A stretch of 64,000 nt of DNA from a bacterium. GTDB taxonomy: Bacteria; Patescibacteriota; Minisyncoccia; UBA6257; JAUSGH01. The position numbers and the translations under genes are program-made. Under the pieces are notes generated by a model. That model was not told where the DNA came from and did no database searches. It saw only the letters and a program-made list of their open reading frames with translations. The number at the start of each line of letters is the position of its first letter. Positions within the stretch are counted from its first letter, which is position 1. Below, one piece after another: positions 19,219-28,787 of this stretch. The stretch spans positions 5,357-69,356 of the forward strand of contig JAUSGH010000002.1 of NCBI GenBank assembly GCA_030649055.1, written 5' to 3'.

Positions 19219-21324
19219 TTATTTTTTATCTTTCGTTTTTCGCCTCAACAAGTGTATTTCATCCCTCAATATCGCCGCGAGTTCAAAGTCCAATCGTTTT
19301 GACGCGTCCTTCATCTGTCTCATTTTTTCGGCAATGATGCGGTCAAGCGACCCTTGTTTCATTTTTGTCGCCGCGCCGAGCGCCGAAAATTCCGTTTTCA
19401 ATACTTCGGCGACTTCCTTCTCCCGTTTGACGTCAAACGCCGCGACAATGTCGTGGATTGCTTTGATGATGGTCTTCGGCGTGATGCCATGCGCCTTATT
19501 CCACGCAAGCTGGATATTCCGCCGGCGGTTGGTTTCAGAAATCGCGCGCGTGAGCGACCCGGTCATCACGTCGGCATACAGTACCACCTGGCCGTTCACG
19601 TTGCGCGCCGCGCGGCCGATGGTTTGGATGAGCGAAGTTTCACTCCGCAAAAATCCCTCTTTGTCGGCGTCAAGAATGGCAACGAGCGACACCTCCGGCA
19701 AGTCCAATCCTTCGCGCAACAGGTTCACGCCCACAAGCACGTCATAGTTGCCGCGGCGAAAATCTGAAAGAATCGTGATGCGGTCAATGGTCAGCACGTC
19801 GCTGTGCACATAATTCACCTTGATTTTCAACTCCTGCAAATACGCCGTGAGATCTTCCGCCATTTTTTTGGTGAGCGTGGTCACGAGCGTGCGTTCCTTC
19901 TTCTTCACGCGATCTTTGATGCGGGAAATTAAATCATCTATCTGACTAAGCGGTTGTCCCTCGACATGCTCGGGAACTATTTTATTTTTATTGCCTGAGC
20001 TTGTCGAAGGCCTACCGCCACCACTGACCGGGCGCACAATAATTTCCGGGTCTACCAGTCCCGTCGGCCGAATAATTTGTTCCACGATCTGCCCGCTCGC
20101 CAAGCTGCGTTCCAGTTCATAACCGCTTGGCGTTGCCGAGGTATAGATCGCCTGCGGCATACGCGCCTCAAACTCGGTGAACTTGAGCGGCCGGTTGTCC
20201 GCCGCACTAGGCAGACGAAAACCGAACTCAATAAGCGTTTTCTTTCGCGCCGCATCGCCCTCCGACATTCCGCGAATCTGCGGCACCGTCACGTGGCTTT
20301 CATCAATCACCATCAGGTAATCCGGCGCGCCGTCTTCGGTAACGGGAAAATACGAAAGCAGCGTATCCGGCGGCTCGCCTGCCGCGCGACCCGAAAGATG
20401 CCGAGAATAATTCTCAATGCCGTGGCAGTAGCCGATTTCTTTCATCATCGCCACGTCATAGCGCGTGCGGCGTTCCAACCGCTCCGCCTCCAGCAATTTT
20501 CCGTTTTGCTCAAAATAATGCAACCGCTCGCGGAGCTCCGCTTTAATCACCTTCATCGCGCGCGTTTTTTCCGGTCCCAGCGTGACGAAATGTTTTGCCG
20601 GAAATACATAAACCTCCGGCACTTCCTCGCGGCTACCGAATCCCTTCACAGGATCCACCGCAAAAATATGCGAGATTACGCCATCGTGAATATCAAACCG
20701 ATACAACAGATCCTGATCCGGCGCCATCATTTCCCACTGGTCGCCGCGCACGCGGAATGTGCCACGCGTGAGGTCCGCATTCGTGCGCGAAAACTGCATC
20801 GCGACCAACTTTTTCATAAGCTCCGCGCGCGTCACCGCATCACCCACTTTGAAATGCAGCATCTGTGATTCATACGCCTCCGGCGCGCCCAAGCCGTAAA
20901 TACACGACACCGACGCCACCACAATCACATCGCGTCGCGTGAGTAACGCCGCGGTTGCCGCGTGGCGCAGTTTATCAATCTCGTCGTTAATCATCGCTTC
21001 TTTATCAATGTAGGTGTCCGTCACCGGCAAATACGCCTCCGGCTGGTAGTAGTCATAATAGGACACGAAATAGTGCACAGAATTTTTCGGAAAAAACTCG
21101 CGATACTCGTTGCACAGCTGGGCGGCAAGGGTTTTATTCGGCGCAATGACGAGCGTCGGTTTTTGTACCGCCTGGATGACATTCGCGACGGTAAATGTTT
21201 TGCCGGAACCCGTGACGCCGAGAAGTGTCTGGTGCTTCATACCTTTCTTCAAACCAGAAACAAGCCACTCGATGGCTTTCGGCTGGTCCCCCGCGGGCAT
21301 AAAATTGGATTGCAACTTGAACAT
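19219..21324 (-). CDS. uvrB: excinuclease ABC subunit B with in-frame palindromic-element insertion
   Basis: 701 aa. [10 protein letters not shown] helicase motif I, DESH, beta-hairpin region and C-terminal UVR domain. Residues [22 protein letters not shown] are encoded by element 19955-20017, between the IVRP and QIDDL motifs. Confidence 0.95.
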   Translation of the reverse strand: MFKLQSNFMPAGDQPKAIEWLVSGLKKGMKHQTLLGVTGSGKTFTVANVIQAVQKPTLVIAPNKTLAAQLCNEYREFFPKNSVHYFVSYYDYYQPEAYLPVTDTYIDKEAMINDEIDKLRHAATAALLTRRDVIVVASVSCIYGLGAPEAYESQMLHFKVGDAVTRAELMKKLVAMQFSRTNADLTRGTFRVRGDQWEMMAPDQDLLYRFDIHDGVISHIFAVDPVKGFGSREEVPEVYVFPAKHFVTLGPEKTRAMKVIKAELRERLHYFEQNGKLLEAERLERRTRYDVAMMKEIGYCHGIENYSRHLSGRAAGEPPDTLLSYFPVTEDGAPDYLMVIDESHVTVPQIRGMSEGDAARKKTLIEFGFRLPSAADNRPLKFTEFEARMPQAIYTSATPSGYELERSLASGQIVEQIIRPTGLVDPEIIVRPVSGGGRPSTSSGNKNKIVPEHVEGQPLSQIDDLISRIKDRVKKKERTLVTTLTKKMAEDLTAYLQELKIKVNYVHSDVLTIDRITILSDFRRGNYDVLVGVNLLREGLDLPEVSLVAILDADKEGFLRSETSLIQTIGRAARNVNGQVVLYADVMTGSLTRAISETNRRRNIQLAWNKAHGITPKTIIKAIHDIVAAFDVKREKEVAEVLKTEFSALGAATKMKQGSLDRIIAEKMRQMKDASKRLDFELAAILRDEIHLLRRKTKDKK
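19955..20017. repeat. RPE-like palindromic element (full) inserted in-frame in uvrB
   Basis: TCCCTCGACATGCTCGGGAAC...TTATTGCCTGAGCTTGTCGAAGGCCTACC. Confidence 0.8.
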
Positions 21325-21699
21325 TATGTTGTTTTTATGCTTTCTTGCTTCGTTGCTTTCTTGTCCGAAATACCCAAACGCCCCCGCGTCTCACGACATA
21401 GGGGGTGGTAGCGCGAACTTCGCGCTCGGACATATTCAATTACATACATTCTGACACAAAAAGATGCCAAACGTCAAACCATTGACAAAACATGAGGAGG
21501 TCTTCGATGAACGGAGACGAATCGAGGGAAATGACGCAAAGGGAGAGGAACCACGCGGAGATCCAGAGAGTGATCACCGCGGCCGGACTCGTGCCGATGA
21601 ACTACACCGCCGTTCTCCTTCCTCACTAGCCCTAGCGCCTCTCGCAATACTTCGGCCACTTATCCTTCGGGACGGGTGGCCGATTCTATTTTTACACGT

Positions 21700-21870
21700 C
21701 GTCACTGTCATTCTCACGGAAGCGAGAATCCAGAGTTTTGCATTTCTAGATTCCGGATCAAGTCCGGAATGACAAAATACAATGTAAGATTGCTTCGTCG
21801 CCTCAGGCGACTCGCAATGACAGTCGCCACCTTTCTTACTTCTTACTTCCTACGTCCTACTTCTCCCCTA
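21700..21870. repeat. composite repeat-rich intergenic block (family C variants, family D)
   Basis: GTCATTCTCACGGAAGCGAGAATC, ATTCCGGATCAAGTCCGGAAT, AATGTAAGATTGCTTCGTCGCCTCAGGCGACTCGCAATGAC, then CTTACTTCTTACTTCCTACGTCCTACTTC. Confidence 0.55.
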
Positions 21871-22363
21871 ATATTGACAGATATCCTTTCGTTGTTGAGT
21901 TTTTCCAATCAAGCCCCAGCGTCTTCGCGAGCGCGTCTATTTTTTTCTTTGATGCTTCAATTTCTACAAATCGTAGCTTTCCGACAAAATCAAGCTCAAT
22001 GTGCGCGCCGGAAACTTTCCAATGCTCGCGCTGTTTTTTGTATTTAAACCACTGCGCAAATCCCAATAGTTTTAACATACGCGCAGTTTCGGAAACATCA
22101 GAAACGGTAATTTCGTACTCCTGCATCACCTTATATTTTCCGTGATTGCGCTCCGGAGTAATTTTAATTGTCAAAGCAGCGGGGCCGTTTTCCCGCTCAC
22201 GCAACCGTAGGGTTGCTTTCTGCTTCCGCAATGTTTTGTCGGGCGTATCAAAAAAATAATTCCGCTCCTCCCCTTTCCACTCGCATACCCCGCCTAATTT
22301 TTTTATGTTCGCGCGGACAGCGTTAAAACTTTTGACGCGGAATTTTACTTCGGTTTCGTTCAT
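21857..22363 (-). CDS. CYTH-domain protein (CyaB/thiamine-triphosphatase-like)
   Basis: N-terminal ETEVKFRV (ExExK signature of the CYTH fold). 168 aa. Confidence 0.65.
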   Translation of the reverse strand: MNETEVKFRVKSFNAVRANIKKLGGVCEWKGEERNYFFDTPDKTLRKQKATLRLRERENGPAALTIKITPERNHGKYKVMQEYEITVSDVSETARMLKLLGFAQWFKYKKQREHWKVSGAHIELDFVGKLRFVEIEASKKKIDALAKTLGLDWKNSTTKGYLSILGEK

Positions 22364-22490
22364 AAATTGTTGACGTTTTTACAGCTTAAGCTATGAACAT
22401 GTAAACAGTTAATGCACAAAAATTTGGCTCGGTAATAATGCAGATGCGAAAATATTTAATACGGTACCTATAGTTTCAGTATATATGAGT

Positions 22491-22523
22491 ATCCCCGCGG
22501 TCGCCTTAGGCGACCGCGGGGAT
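22491..22523. repeat. perfect 13-bp-stem palindrome ATCCCCGCGGTCGCC-TTA-GGCGACCGCGGGGAT
   Basis: Lies between the M16 peptidase 3' end and the CYTH gene. No U-tract follows. Confidence 0.5.
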
Positions 22524-22565
22524 CATATGCTCTTACTTCTTATTTCTTACGTCTTACTTCTCACT

Positions 22566-23831
22566 CTACGGCACGATGGATACCATGAGTGACCGGTCGG
22601 GAGCGAAGAGTTCTTCAACGCCCGCTACCGCGTCAGCCCATGTCGTTGTTTCGATGACCTTCACTAGTTCTTCTTGCGTCTGTACGCACCCGAAAATCGA
22701 GAGGTCGATGAGCGTCGCAAGCACAAGCCCGGAGAGCTGAACCTGCTTCAACCTCATCCCCAGAAGCAACTCGTCACGCTCCACCTCAAACCACTTGCGC
22801 CCCCGCCGCTTCACGAGCTCGGGAATCTGCTTGAATGCCTCCGCGCATGCCACGAAGTGGTCGGGAGCGGCATCGACGCCGAGCCGGCAGAATCGCAAGT
22901 CGCGGAACGTCTCGATGGTCGGCCGTACGGCGTAGACAATGCCGAGTTTCTCCCGAAGCGTCGCGAAGCACGCGGATGCCGCAACGTTCACGCATAACAT
23001 CGCGCGCTGTTCATGCATGAGCGTGAGCGGTGTCGCGCGCATGCGCAAGACAGAACACTCGCCGGCAGGCTCATCGTCGTTTGAAGGCAGGCCAAGCACG
23101 TCACTCGGACGAACGACATACTGGCCGCACCGGATGGGACTTGCCGCCATCGGAGCAACTATCGTACGCTTCGCGTCTCCGTCGTGCGGAAGCTTTGGGA
23201 ACGCTTCTGCTGCTGCCCGCATCACCTCGGAAAACGTGGTGCTTCCCGCGACAACGAGCGCCATGTTCGGCAACGTGTGATAACGGACGAAGTGATCCTT
23301 GATGGCGCCTGCCGTCCACCGATTGATACCTTCCGATGTTTCAACGCGAAGAACAGGGTGTCCTTCGGGAAACGCCGCGCGCAAGATGGCGCGATGCACC
23401 GGCGTTGTCCGCGGCCCCACTTCGGCAAGTTCACGCTGGTGGATTTCCTGAAGATGAGTGATGGAAAGATGCTTCGGAAACACTCGCGCGTATACCGCGA
23501 GGAATCGCAGCATCTCCCGAAGCCGAAGCGAAACGCCGCGTACCATCCACCACGTACTTTCCGCGCCGGTACTTCCCAAATCTTCCGGAAGAAATCCGCG
23601 CTCGATTGCGTATCGCCGCGCCTTCGACACATCGCCGGAATCGCTACCCGCAATACCCATCGCATGTTCTACCGCGTGCGAAAGACCCGGCATCTCGGGA
23701 GGATCCTGCCGAACCCCGGCGAACATCACGAGACCGGCCGAAACCTGCGGAGGGTCAATGCGCATTGACTTCACAAACACGCGAAGACCATGCTTCGTGA
23801 CACCGCACCGAAACGCAAAGATATCTCTCAT
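22566..23831 (-). CDS. M16-family (pitrilysin/insulinase-like) zinc peptidase
   Basis: HAVEHAMG resembles the inverted zinc motif HxxEH of M16 peptidases. 421 aa. The gene lies in a GC-rich segment. Confidence 0.6.
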   Translation of the reverse strand: MRDIFAFRCGVTKHGLRVFVKSMRIDPPQVSAGLVMFAGVRQDPPEMPGLSHAVEHAMGIAGSDSGDVSKARRYAIERGFLPEDLGSTGAESTWWMVRGVSLRLREMLRFLAVYARVFPKHLSITHLQEIHQRELAEVGPRTTPVHRAILRAAFPEGHPVLRVETSEGINRWTAGAIKDHFVRYHTLPNMALVVAGSTTFSEVMRAAAEAFPKLPHDGDAKRTIVAPMAASPIRCGQYVVRPSDVLGLPSNDDEPAGECSVLRMRATPLTLMHEQRAMLCVNVAASACFATLREKLGIVYAVRPTIETFRDLRFCRLGVDAAPDHFVACAEAFKQIPELVKRRGRKWFEVERDELLLGMRLKQVQLSGLVLATLIDLSIFGCVQTQEELVKVIETTTWADAVAGVEELFAPDRSLMVSIVP

Positions 23832-23928
23832 GACTCACGCTCCAAATCGGGACGGACATTTACCTGACACTCCTTCCACCATACCATTTCAATAGACAAA
23901 AAAGAATAATAACGCTAGAATGTAAGCG

Positions 23929-24681
23929 ATGAAAAACATTGATATACAAATTCAGCAGCTCCAACGCGACAAGTATCATTCCCGCTGGTCGCCGAAAATA
24001 TTAGCCGACATCGCGCGCCTCAAGGCGGGCGAGCCGCTGGATTATGTCATCGGCTGGGCGCCATTTTTGAGGTGCCGCATTGACCTTTCAGCGCATCCGT
24101 TAATCCCCCGCCCGGAAACCGAATTTTGGACAGAAGCGTTCATTTCGGACGCCGGTCATCGGACTCCAAACAAATCACTTCGCGTTTTAGATATTTTTTC
24201 CGGTTCCGGATGCATTGGCATCGCAATCTTAAAACATCTCCCAAAATCTCACGTTGATTTCGCGGACATTGACCCGCTCGTTCTACGTGGAATTAAAATC
24301 TCCGCTCGCAAAAATAGAATCCCGCCGTCACGCTACCACCTCATCCCCTCCGACATACTGAAAAACACCCGCGGCGTCTACAACGCCATCGTCGCCAACC
24401 CACCATACATCGGAACAAAAAAATACGTCCAACCGTCGGTATTAAAATACGAGCCGCGCAAGGCGCTCTTCGGTGGCAAGGACGGACTGCGCTTCATCAA
24501 GGCGCTCATCAAAACCGCGCCACAGCACCTTTCGCTAGACGGTGTACTTTGGATGGAATATGACCCGTCGCAAAAAAAAGCGATTGAAAAACTTTTTGCC
24601 GCGCAACAGTATCGCAACGTTCAATTTCATAAAGACCAATACAGCCGCTGGCGCTATGTTATGGCGCAAAGGCCAGCATAA
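23929..24681 (+). CDS. prmC: release factor glutamine N5-methyltransferase (HemK/PrmC family)
   Basis: VLDIFSGSGCIGIAI SAM-binding motif and IVANPPYI (NPPY) catalytic motif. 250 aa. Confidence 0.8.
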   Translation: MKNIDIQIQQLQRDKYHSRWSPKILADIARLKAGEPLDYVIGWAPFLRCRIDLSAHPLIPRPETEFWTEAFISDAGHRTPNKSLRVLDIFSGSGCIGIAILKHLPKSHVDFADIDPLVLRGIKISARKNRIPPSRYHLIPSDILKNTRGVYNAIVANPPYIGTKKYVQPSVLKYEPRKALFGGKDGLRFIKALIKTAPQHLSLDGVLWMEYDPSQKKAIEKLFAAQQYRNVQFHKDQYSRWRYVMAQRPA

Positions 24682-24730
24682 AAAACGAGTATCGGTCCGA
24701 CGGCTTTAAGCTGTCGGACCGATTAATTCC

Positions 24731-25096
24731 CTACTTCCTGCGCCACCCGCGCCGGTAGACGTTCCGCACCGCGAAGTATCGTGGCGGCGGAGCGTAGAGA
24801 TGGTCACGCACTGTCCTGTTCCACCGATCGGCATCCGCCACCGCCGCTTCCACCGGAAGCGGCACCGGCCATAACGTAACGAGGCAGTTGCGCCGTTCAT
24901 GGTCAAAGAGCGCCAGAACGCCGATGCCCATCGCGGTACGCTGAACTTCCGCTTGGTACCGCTCCGAGTACTCGCCGCGCCACAAAACCGTGTCTGGCCA
25001 CGTGGTCGCGTCCCACTGACCCCACTCCGTATGCGGCCGAACTCCGTCGTTCTCCATCGGGTCCTCCTTACAGCGACTGCGTGCCAAAACGCTCAA
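24731..25096 (-). CDS. hypothetical protein
   Basis: 121-aa ORF in a GC-rich segment. It overlaps the upstream ORF by 29 nt. Confidence 0.3.
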   Translation of the reverse strand: MSVLARSRCKEDPMENDGVRPHTEWGQWDATTWPDTVLWRGEYSERYQAEVQRTAMGIGVLALFDHERRNCLVTLWPVPLPVEAAVADADRWNRTVRDHLYAPPPRYFAVRNVYRRGWRRK

Positions 25097-25409
25097 ACAT
25101 CCGCTTCAACTTTTCGCAGACCTCGTTGAAGATCCGCTCCACATCCTTCCGCTTCAGGTGTTCCTGCTTACCGATCTCCCGAAACGAAAGCTCCTTGATG
25201 CTGTGCGCGACGAGCAGCCACCGGTCGCGCGGCGAAAGCGCCATAGCAAGCTTCCAAACATGTTGCGCGAGGTCATCCCGGTCAACTTCCTCGATCCCGT
25301 CGGCGCCGCACCTATCCGCGATTTGACGCGCCATTTTCATGACCTCAGCCTCCCCCAAGGAGTCCGCAAGGGGCTTCTTTTTCCTCGTTTTATACGTTTT
25401 TCGAGCCAC
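25068..25409 (-). CDS. sigma-70 region-4-like HTH DNA-binding protein
   Basis: LSPRDRWLLVAHSIKELSFREIGKQEHLKRKDVERI resembles the sigma-70 region 4 / ECF HTH. Confidence 0.4.
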   Translation of the reverse strand: MARKTYKTRKKKPLADSLGEAEVMKMARQIADRCGADGIEEVDRDDLAQHVWKLAMALSPRDRWLLVAHSIKELSFREIGKQEHLKRKDVERIFNEVCEKLKRMFERFGTQSL

Positions 25410-25454
25410 GAAACACCTCTTTTCTCTATGGTAGAAACTGTTTCTAATTTATCA

Positions 25455-25498
25455 CAAAACGAACAAAAAACACAAACAGCCCGCCTTGGGCGGACTGT
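25455..25498 (-). terminator. rho-independent terminator (minus strand)
   Basis: ACAGTCCGCC-CAA-GGCGGGCTGT on the minus strand, followed by TTTGTGTTTTTTGTTCGTTTTG. Confidence 0.55.
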
Positions 25499-25522
25499 TT
25501 GTCGTTCTTCACGCTGCGACTA

Positions 25523-25699
25523 CGCGCGCGGCGGAGCTGATTCCTTGCGCGCGCGATGACAATCGCGGCAAAGCAAATCCTTCAAACGATCTTCCTGTGG
25601 CTGAAACGGAAGTTCGGTGATCGCACCCTTACATTTTCCACACGCCCAGTTACCCTGAAACTTCGGGCGAGGAGCCATCGGTTGGTTAGCATCCATAAA
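25523..25699 (-). CDS. small Cys4 zinc-ribbon protein (58 aa), not in ORF track
   Basis: Manual translation gives MDANQPMAPRPKFQGNWACGKCKGAITELPFQPQEDRLKDLLCRDCHRARKESAPPRA. It is followed by the terminator at 25455-25498. No obvious SD. Confidence 0.3.
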
Positions 25700-25798
25700 G
25701 TATATTTGGTTGTTTGTTATTATTGACCTTTCACCGCGCCGAACGTGCGGTTTGTGGAATAATTGTATGCTATAAAACTAACCCGCGCAAACTGTTGC

Positions 25799-26272
25799 CT
25801 ACCCCCACCATTGATGCAAGCCTGGAAATTTACGGCAAATCGGCAAACGCTCGCACCATTCTTCAAGGCCCCACACACGCCCCGCGCGCGTCGCCGCAAG
25901 ATACAGCAACGCGGCGATATAAATGATGTGCTGATCAACAATAAACGCATTTGGGTTTGGATACGGAAAACCGAGTGGCAGATAATAGAGCAGCATGAGC
26001 AACGCGCCGAGCAACGAAGAAAACCGCACGCCGATGCCGAGTATCAGCGACACGCCCAGCAACGTAAGCCCCCATTCGTTGACAAAGTTAATGACGGGCA
26101 ATACGCCGGGCGACGCAAGCCACGCGAAAAGCCCAGTAAACGATTTCGCGTTTGTCAGGTATCCCGCCGCCGACCATTCCGCGTTAAGCACTTTTGTGAT
26201 ACCGGCGTAAAAGAACATCCATCCGAGCGTGAACCGTAAAAAGAATATTGATAATTTTTGAGCAGTCGTCAT
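25799..26272 (-). CDS. DoxX-family membrane protein
   Basis: 157 aa with four TM helices. The pattern FLRFTLGWMFFYAGITK...LLGVSLILGIGVRFSSLLGALL is typical of DoxX. Confidence 0.7.
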   Translation of the reverse strand: MTTAQKLSIFFLRFTLGWMFFYAGITKVLNAEWSAAGYLTNAKSFTGLFAWLASPGVLPVINFVNEWGLTLLGVSLILGIGVRFSSLLGALLMLLYYLPLGFPYPNPNAFIVDQHIIYIAALLYLAATRAGRVWGLEEWCERLPICRKFPGLHQWWG

Positions 26273-26322
26273 AGCGAATATGAAATATAAAACGCTGACC
26301 TTTTCCGATATTATAGCACAAG

Positions 26323-27039
26323 CTAGATATTTTTATACATCACATCTTTTCGCTCCACCACCACCGTCCATCCCGCGCGCTTCGCGTGAGCATATAATAG
26401 CGCGTTGGGATTAAAGCAGATCGGTTTTGAAACAAGTGATAAGAAACTGATATCGCCCTCCGTGTCGCCGACGCCAACAGAACCCCGGAGCGTCAGTCCT
26501 TCACTTGCTACCGCGCGCCGGACAATGTTCGCTTTGTCGGAGATAACATCAAGATGAAGAATATTTCCGGTAAAACGCTTGTGCTTATCAACCTCATACA
26601 TGCGGCCGTACACCTTATCAAAACCCAGCGTCTCACAAAACGGTTCAGCGAGTAATTTCGGCGATTGCGTAATCGCTAAAAGATAATACCCGCGACGCTT
26701 CAAGTCGTGGACCAAATCGCGCGTGTACCGGTACACACGATTTTTATGAAACGCCACAACTTTTTTCCCGACACGCAAAAAATCAACATATCGTACGCCC
26801 TTGATATGCTTCAAAAACGCGCGAACAACCGCGAGAATATATTCCTCATACGTCCCCCGTCGCTCAAGCCACTCCGTAAACGCGCGCGCGTATACGCGCC
26901 GCGCCCGAATAGGGAAAACGCCCTCTTGAATAAACGCGTCGGTGAGTTCAATCAGCAAACTGGACCGAAAAATCGTTCCGTCAATATCAAAAATCGCAAC
27001 TTTTCTTTTTTGCATATCTTTTATTGTATGCCTTGCCAT
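26323..27039 (-). CDS. HAD-superfamily hydrolase (subfamily IB-like phosphatase)
   Basis: Motif I VAIFDIDGTI, a motif II Ser/Thr, and VGDTEGD (motif IV). 238 aa. Confidence 0.7.
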   Translation of the reverse strand: MARHTIKDMQKRKVAIFDIDGTIFRSSLLIELTDAFIQEGVFPIRARRVYARAFTEWLERRGTYEEYILAVVRAFLKHIKGVRYVDFLRVGKKVVAFHKNRVYRYTRDLVHDLKRRGYYLLAITQSPKLLAEPFCETLGFDKVYGRMYEVDKHKRFTGNILHLDVISDKANIVRRAVASEGLTLRGSVGVGDTEGDISFLSLVSKPICFNPNALLYAHAKRAGWTVVVERKDVMYKNI

Positions 27040-27086
27040 TTAAAAATGAAACGGGGGGGGCTCCTAGGACCCCCCCCTCGCTCCGG

Positions 27087-27431
27087 CTACTTCGCGCCCG
27101 ACTCCATATGCTTCCCTACACAACCTTTGACCTCGCCATCAGTCGCGAGGACCTGCCCGCAGAGACGGCAGATCGGCTGTACCGGCCGAAGGCCGAGCGC
27201 CATGGCAATCTGCGCCTCCCAGACACCGTAGGAGTACACGTGACCCGTGTGCGGCTTAGGATCGCCAAGCAACTCGTCCAGGAAGTCCAGCTCGTCGGTC
27301 GCGAGTGAGCGATACTGCGGACCGTGAACCCAGATCATCGGCGTCCCGGTGCAGTTGCCCTCAAACACCACAAGATACTGCATCCCTTTTTCCAGCAACC
27401 GTTGCCGAACCATGTCAAGAACCGAACTCAT
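27087..27431 (-). CDS. hypothetical protein
   Basis: 114-aa ORF with a CRLCGQ...C cluster. Confidence 0.35.
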   Translation of the reverse strand: MSSVLDMVRQRLLEKGMQYLVVFEGNCTGTPMIWVHGPQYRSLATDELDFLDELLGDPKPHTGHVYSYGVWEAQIAMALGLRPVQPICRLCGQVLATDGEVKGCVGKHMESGAK

Positions 27432-27523
27432 GGATCACCCCCTCTCATACCGTTGAAATCCTGATTTGTGAACTGACTACAATGTACTACAGATAAATAT
27501 AAAAACAAGGGTATACTATAAAC

Positions 27524-28708
27524 ATGCGCCACTGGCACACCATCACACTCGTATTCATTCTCGCGTCCGTCGGGTTATTACTGGCGAATGCCGGTCCGAT
27601 TACTCCGATGCGCGTTCTTGGAATAAGCGCGGCGCTTGCGCTCCTCGGCCTCGTCTTCATCATCGCCAGGGGACTCATTGGCGACATATGGGCGCTACTC
27701 CCCGTCGTGATGCTCGGGTTCGCTCCGCCGTTTCTTGCATACGGCTCCGATGGGCTCCCTGGGATCTCGGCCGCGCTTGCGCTACTCACTGCGATATGGA
27801 CGTTCGCGTATTTTGTTCAGCATCCGTCGCGTTCCGGGCTCATCATCGCGGGATTTGCGTTCGGCGGGGCGCTCCTTGTTCACCCGATGGGATTTATGAC
27901 CGGCGCCATAAACGTAACACTTGCGTTTGCCGCGCTCATGACAAGCATTGCCGTTGATTGGAAAGATGTCGCTCCCGAAATGCGCCGCCACCGCTTTATC
28001 ATCCGCGCCATGCGTTACGCGCGCGGGACATCCGTGGTGCTAGGCATTGGCATCGCGCTCGCCTATCTTTTTTACGCGGCCGCGCCGGCAATGCCCACCG
28101 CGGAAGATACGCCACTCATCATTGCGTGGATTGGAGAAAACGCCGCGCTCCGCCCCTTCGGCGCATACCTCTTACACATCGTTCAATATATCCAAACGCT
28201 ACCGGCATTGAACGCGCACATAGGAACGGCGTTTGCGCTGACGCTTCCTCTGCCACTCTTAGGGCTTTTCGTCATTGCATTATGGTCGGGGATCAGCGGC
28301 ATGCTACGCGCGGCGTTTGAGGATATTATCGCGAAGGAACCCATGCTCATCAACCACATCGCGACAAATCCTGTCGGATTCGCGTTGCAACTGAGTACCG
28401 CGACGTATCTCGCAGTCGGCCTCGCCGATCCGAACAGCCGGGGCGCACTCATGCTCATACTCCCCCCGCTGACAATCCTCGCGGCAGGCGCGATCAAGCG
28501 GTGGTTTATTATTATTGACGAGGAATTGTTGCGCAACTCGTTACTGCGCGTACTCGTGCTTGCGCAAAACATCGGGAGCATTTCAATCAAGGCGCTCGTG
28601 CTTGCTATGCTTCTCCTCACCGCGATTATTACCGCCCTCATAAGCGCCCCGAACTTTTCCGCGTACACGAACGTTATCGGCAGAGTAATCACGAATATCG
28701 CAAATTAG
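27524..28708 (+). CDS. polytopic integral membrane protein, hypothetical (possibly glycosyltransferase-39/ArnT-like)
   Basis: 394 aa with about 10 predicted TM helices. The family assignment is tentative. Confidence 0.5.
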   Translation: MRHWHTITLVFILASVGLLLANAGPITPMRVLGISAALALLGLVFIIARGLIGDIWALLPVVMLGFAPPFLAYGSDGLPGISAALALLTAIWTFAYFVQHPSRSGLIIAGFAFGGALLVHPMGFMTGAINVTLAFAALMTSIAVDWKDVAPEMRRHRFIIRAMRYARGTSVVLGIGIALAYLFYAAAPAMPTAEDTPLIIAWIGENAALRPFGAYLLHIVQYIQTLPALNAHIGTAFALTLPLPLLGLFVIALWSGISGMLRAAFEDIIAKEPMLINHIATNPVGFALQLSTATYLAVGLADPNSRGALMLILPPLTILAAGAIKRWFIIIDEELLRNSLLRVLVLAQNIGSISIKALVLAMLLLTAIITALISAPNFSAYTNVIGRVITNIAN

Positions 28709-28714
28709 GCTCGG

Positions 28715-28787
28715 TAATAATGCGAATAGGCTACTCGTCATTATTCGCATTATTTATCCCCCATTCGCATTATTCGCGATTACTTCA
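28715..28787. repeat. ATTCGCATTATTCGCGATTAC-type tandem motif cluster (family F)
   Basis: TAATAATGCGAATAGG...CATTATTCGCATTATTTATCCCCCATTCGCATTATTCGCGATTAC. Related copies at 29563-29605, 35655-35735, 47655-47700, 50017-50060 and 50484-50503. Confidence 0.6.

Noticed and set aside
20077-20868. 263-aa + strand ORF antisense to uvrB, and similar long antisense ORFs (18992..19747 vs uvrA, 35025..35513 vs lysS, 40666..41439 vs secY, 54500..55222 vs metK, 23184..23768 vs M16 peptidase, 32691..33260)
   Set aside because: They lie entirely within well-supported genes on the opposite strand and have Arg/His-rich low-complexity composition typical of antisense frames in GC-rich DNA. They have no RBS or motifs.
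24731-25409. Single frameshifted gene spanning ORFs 24731..25096 and 25068..25409
   Set aside because: The 29-nt overlap is in different frames. The upstream ORF has a complete HTH C-terminus and its own stop, with no evidence of a continuous domain across the junction. Kept as two separate low-confidence genes.
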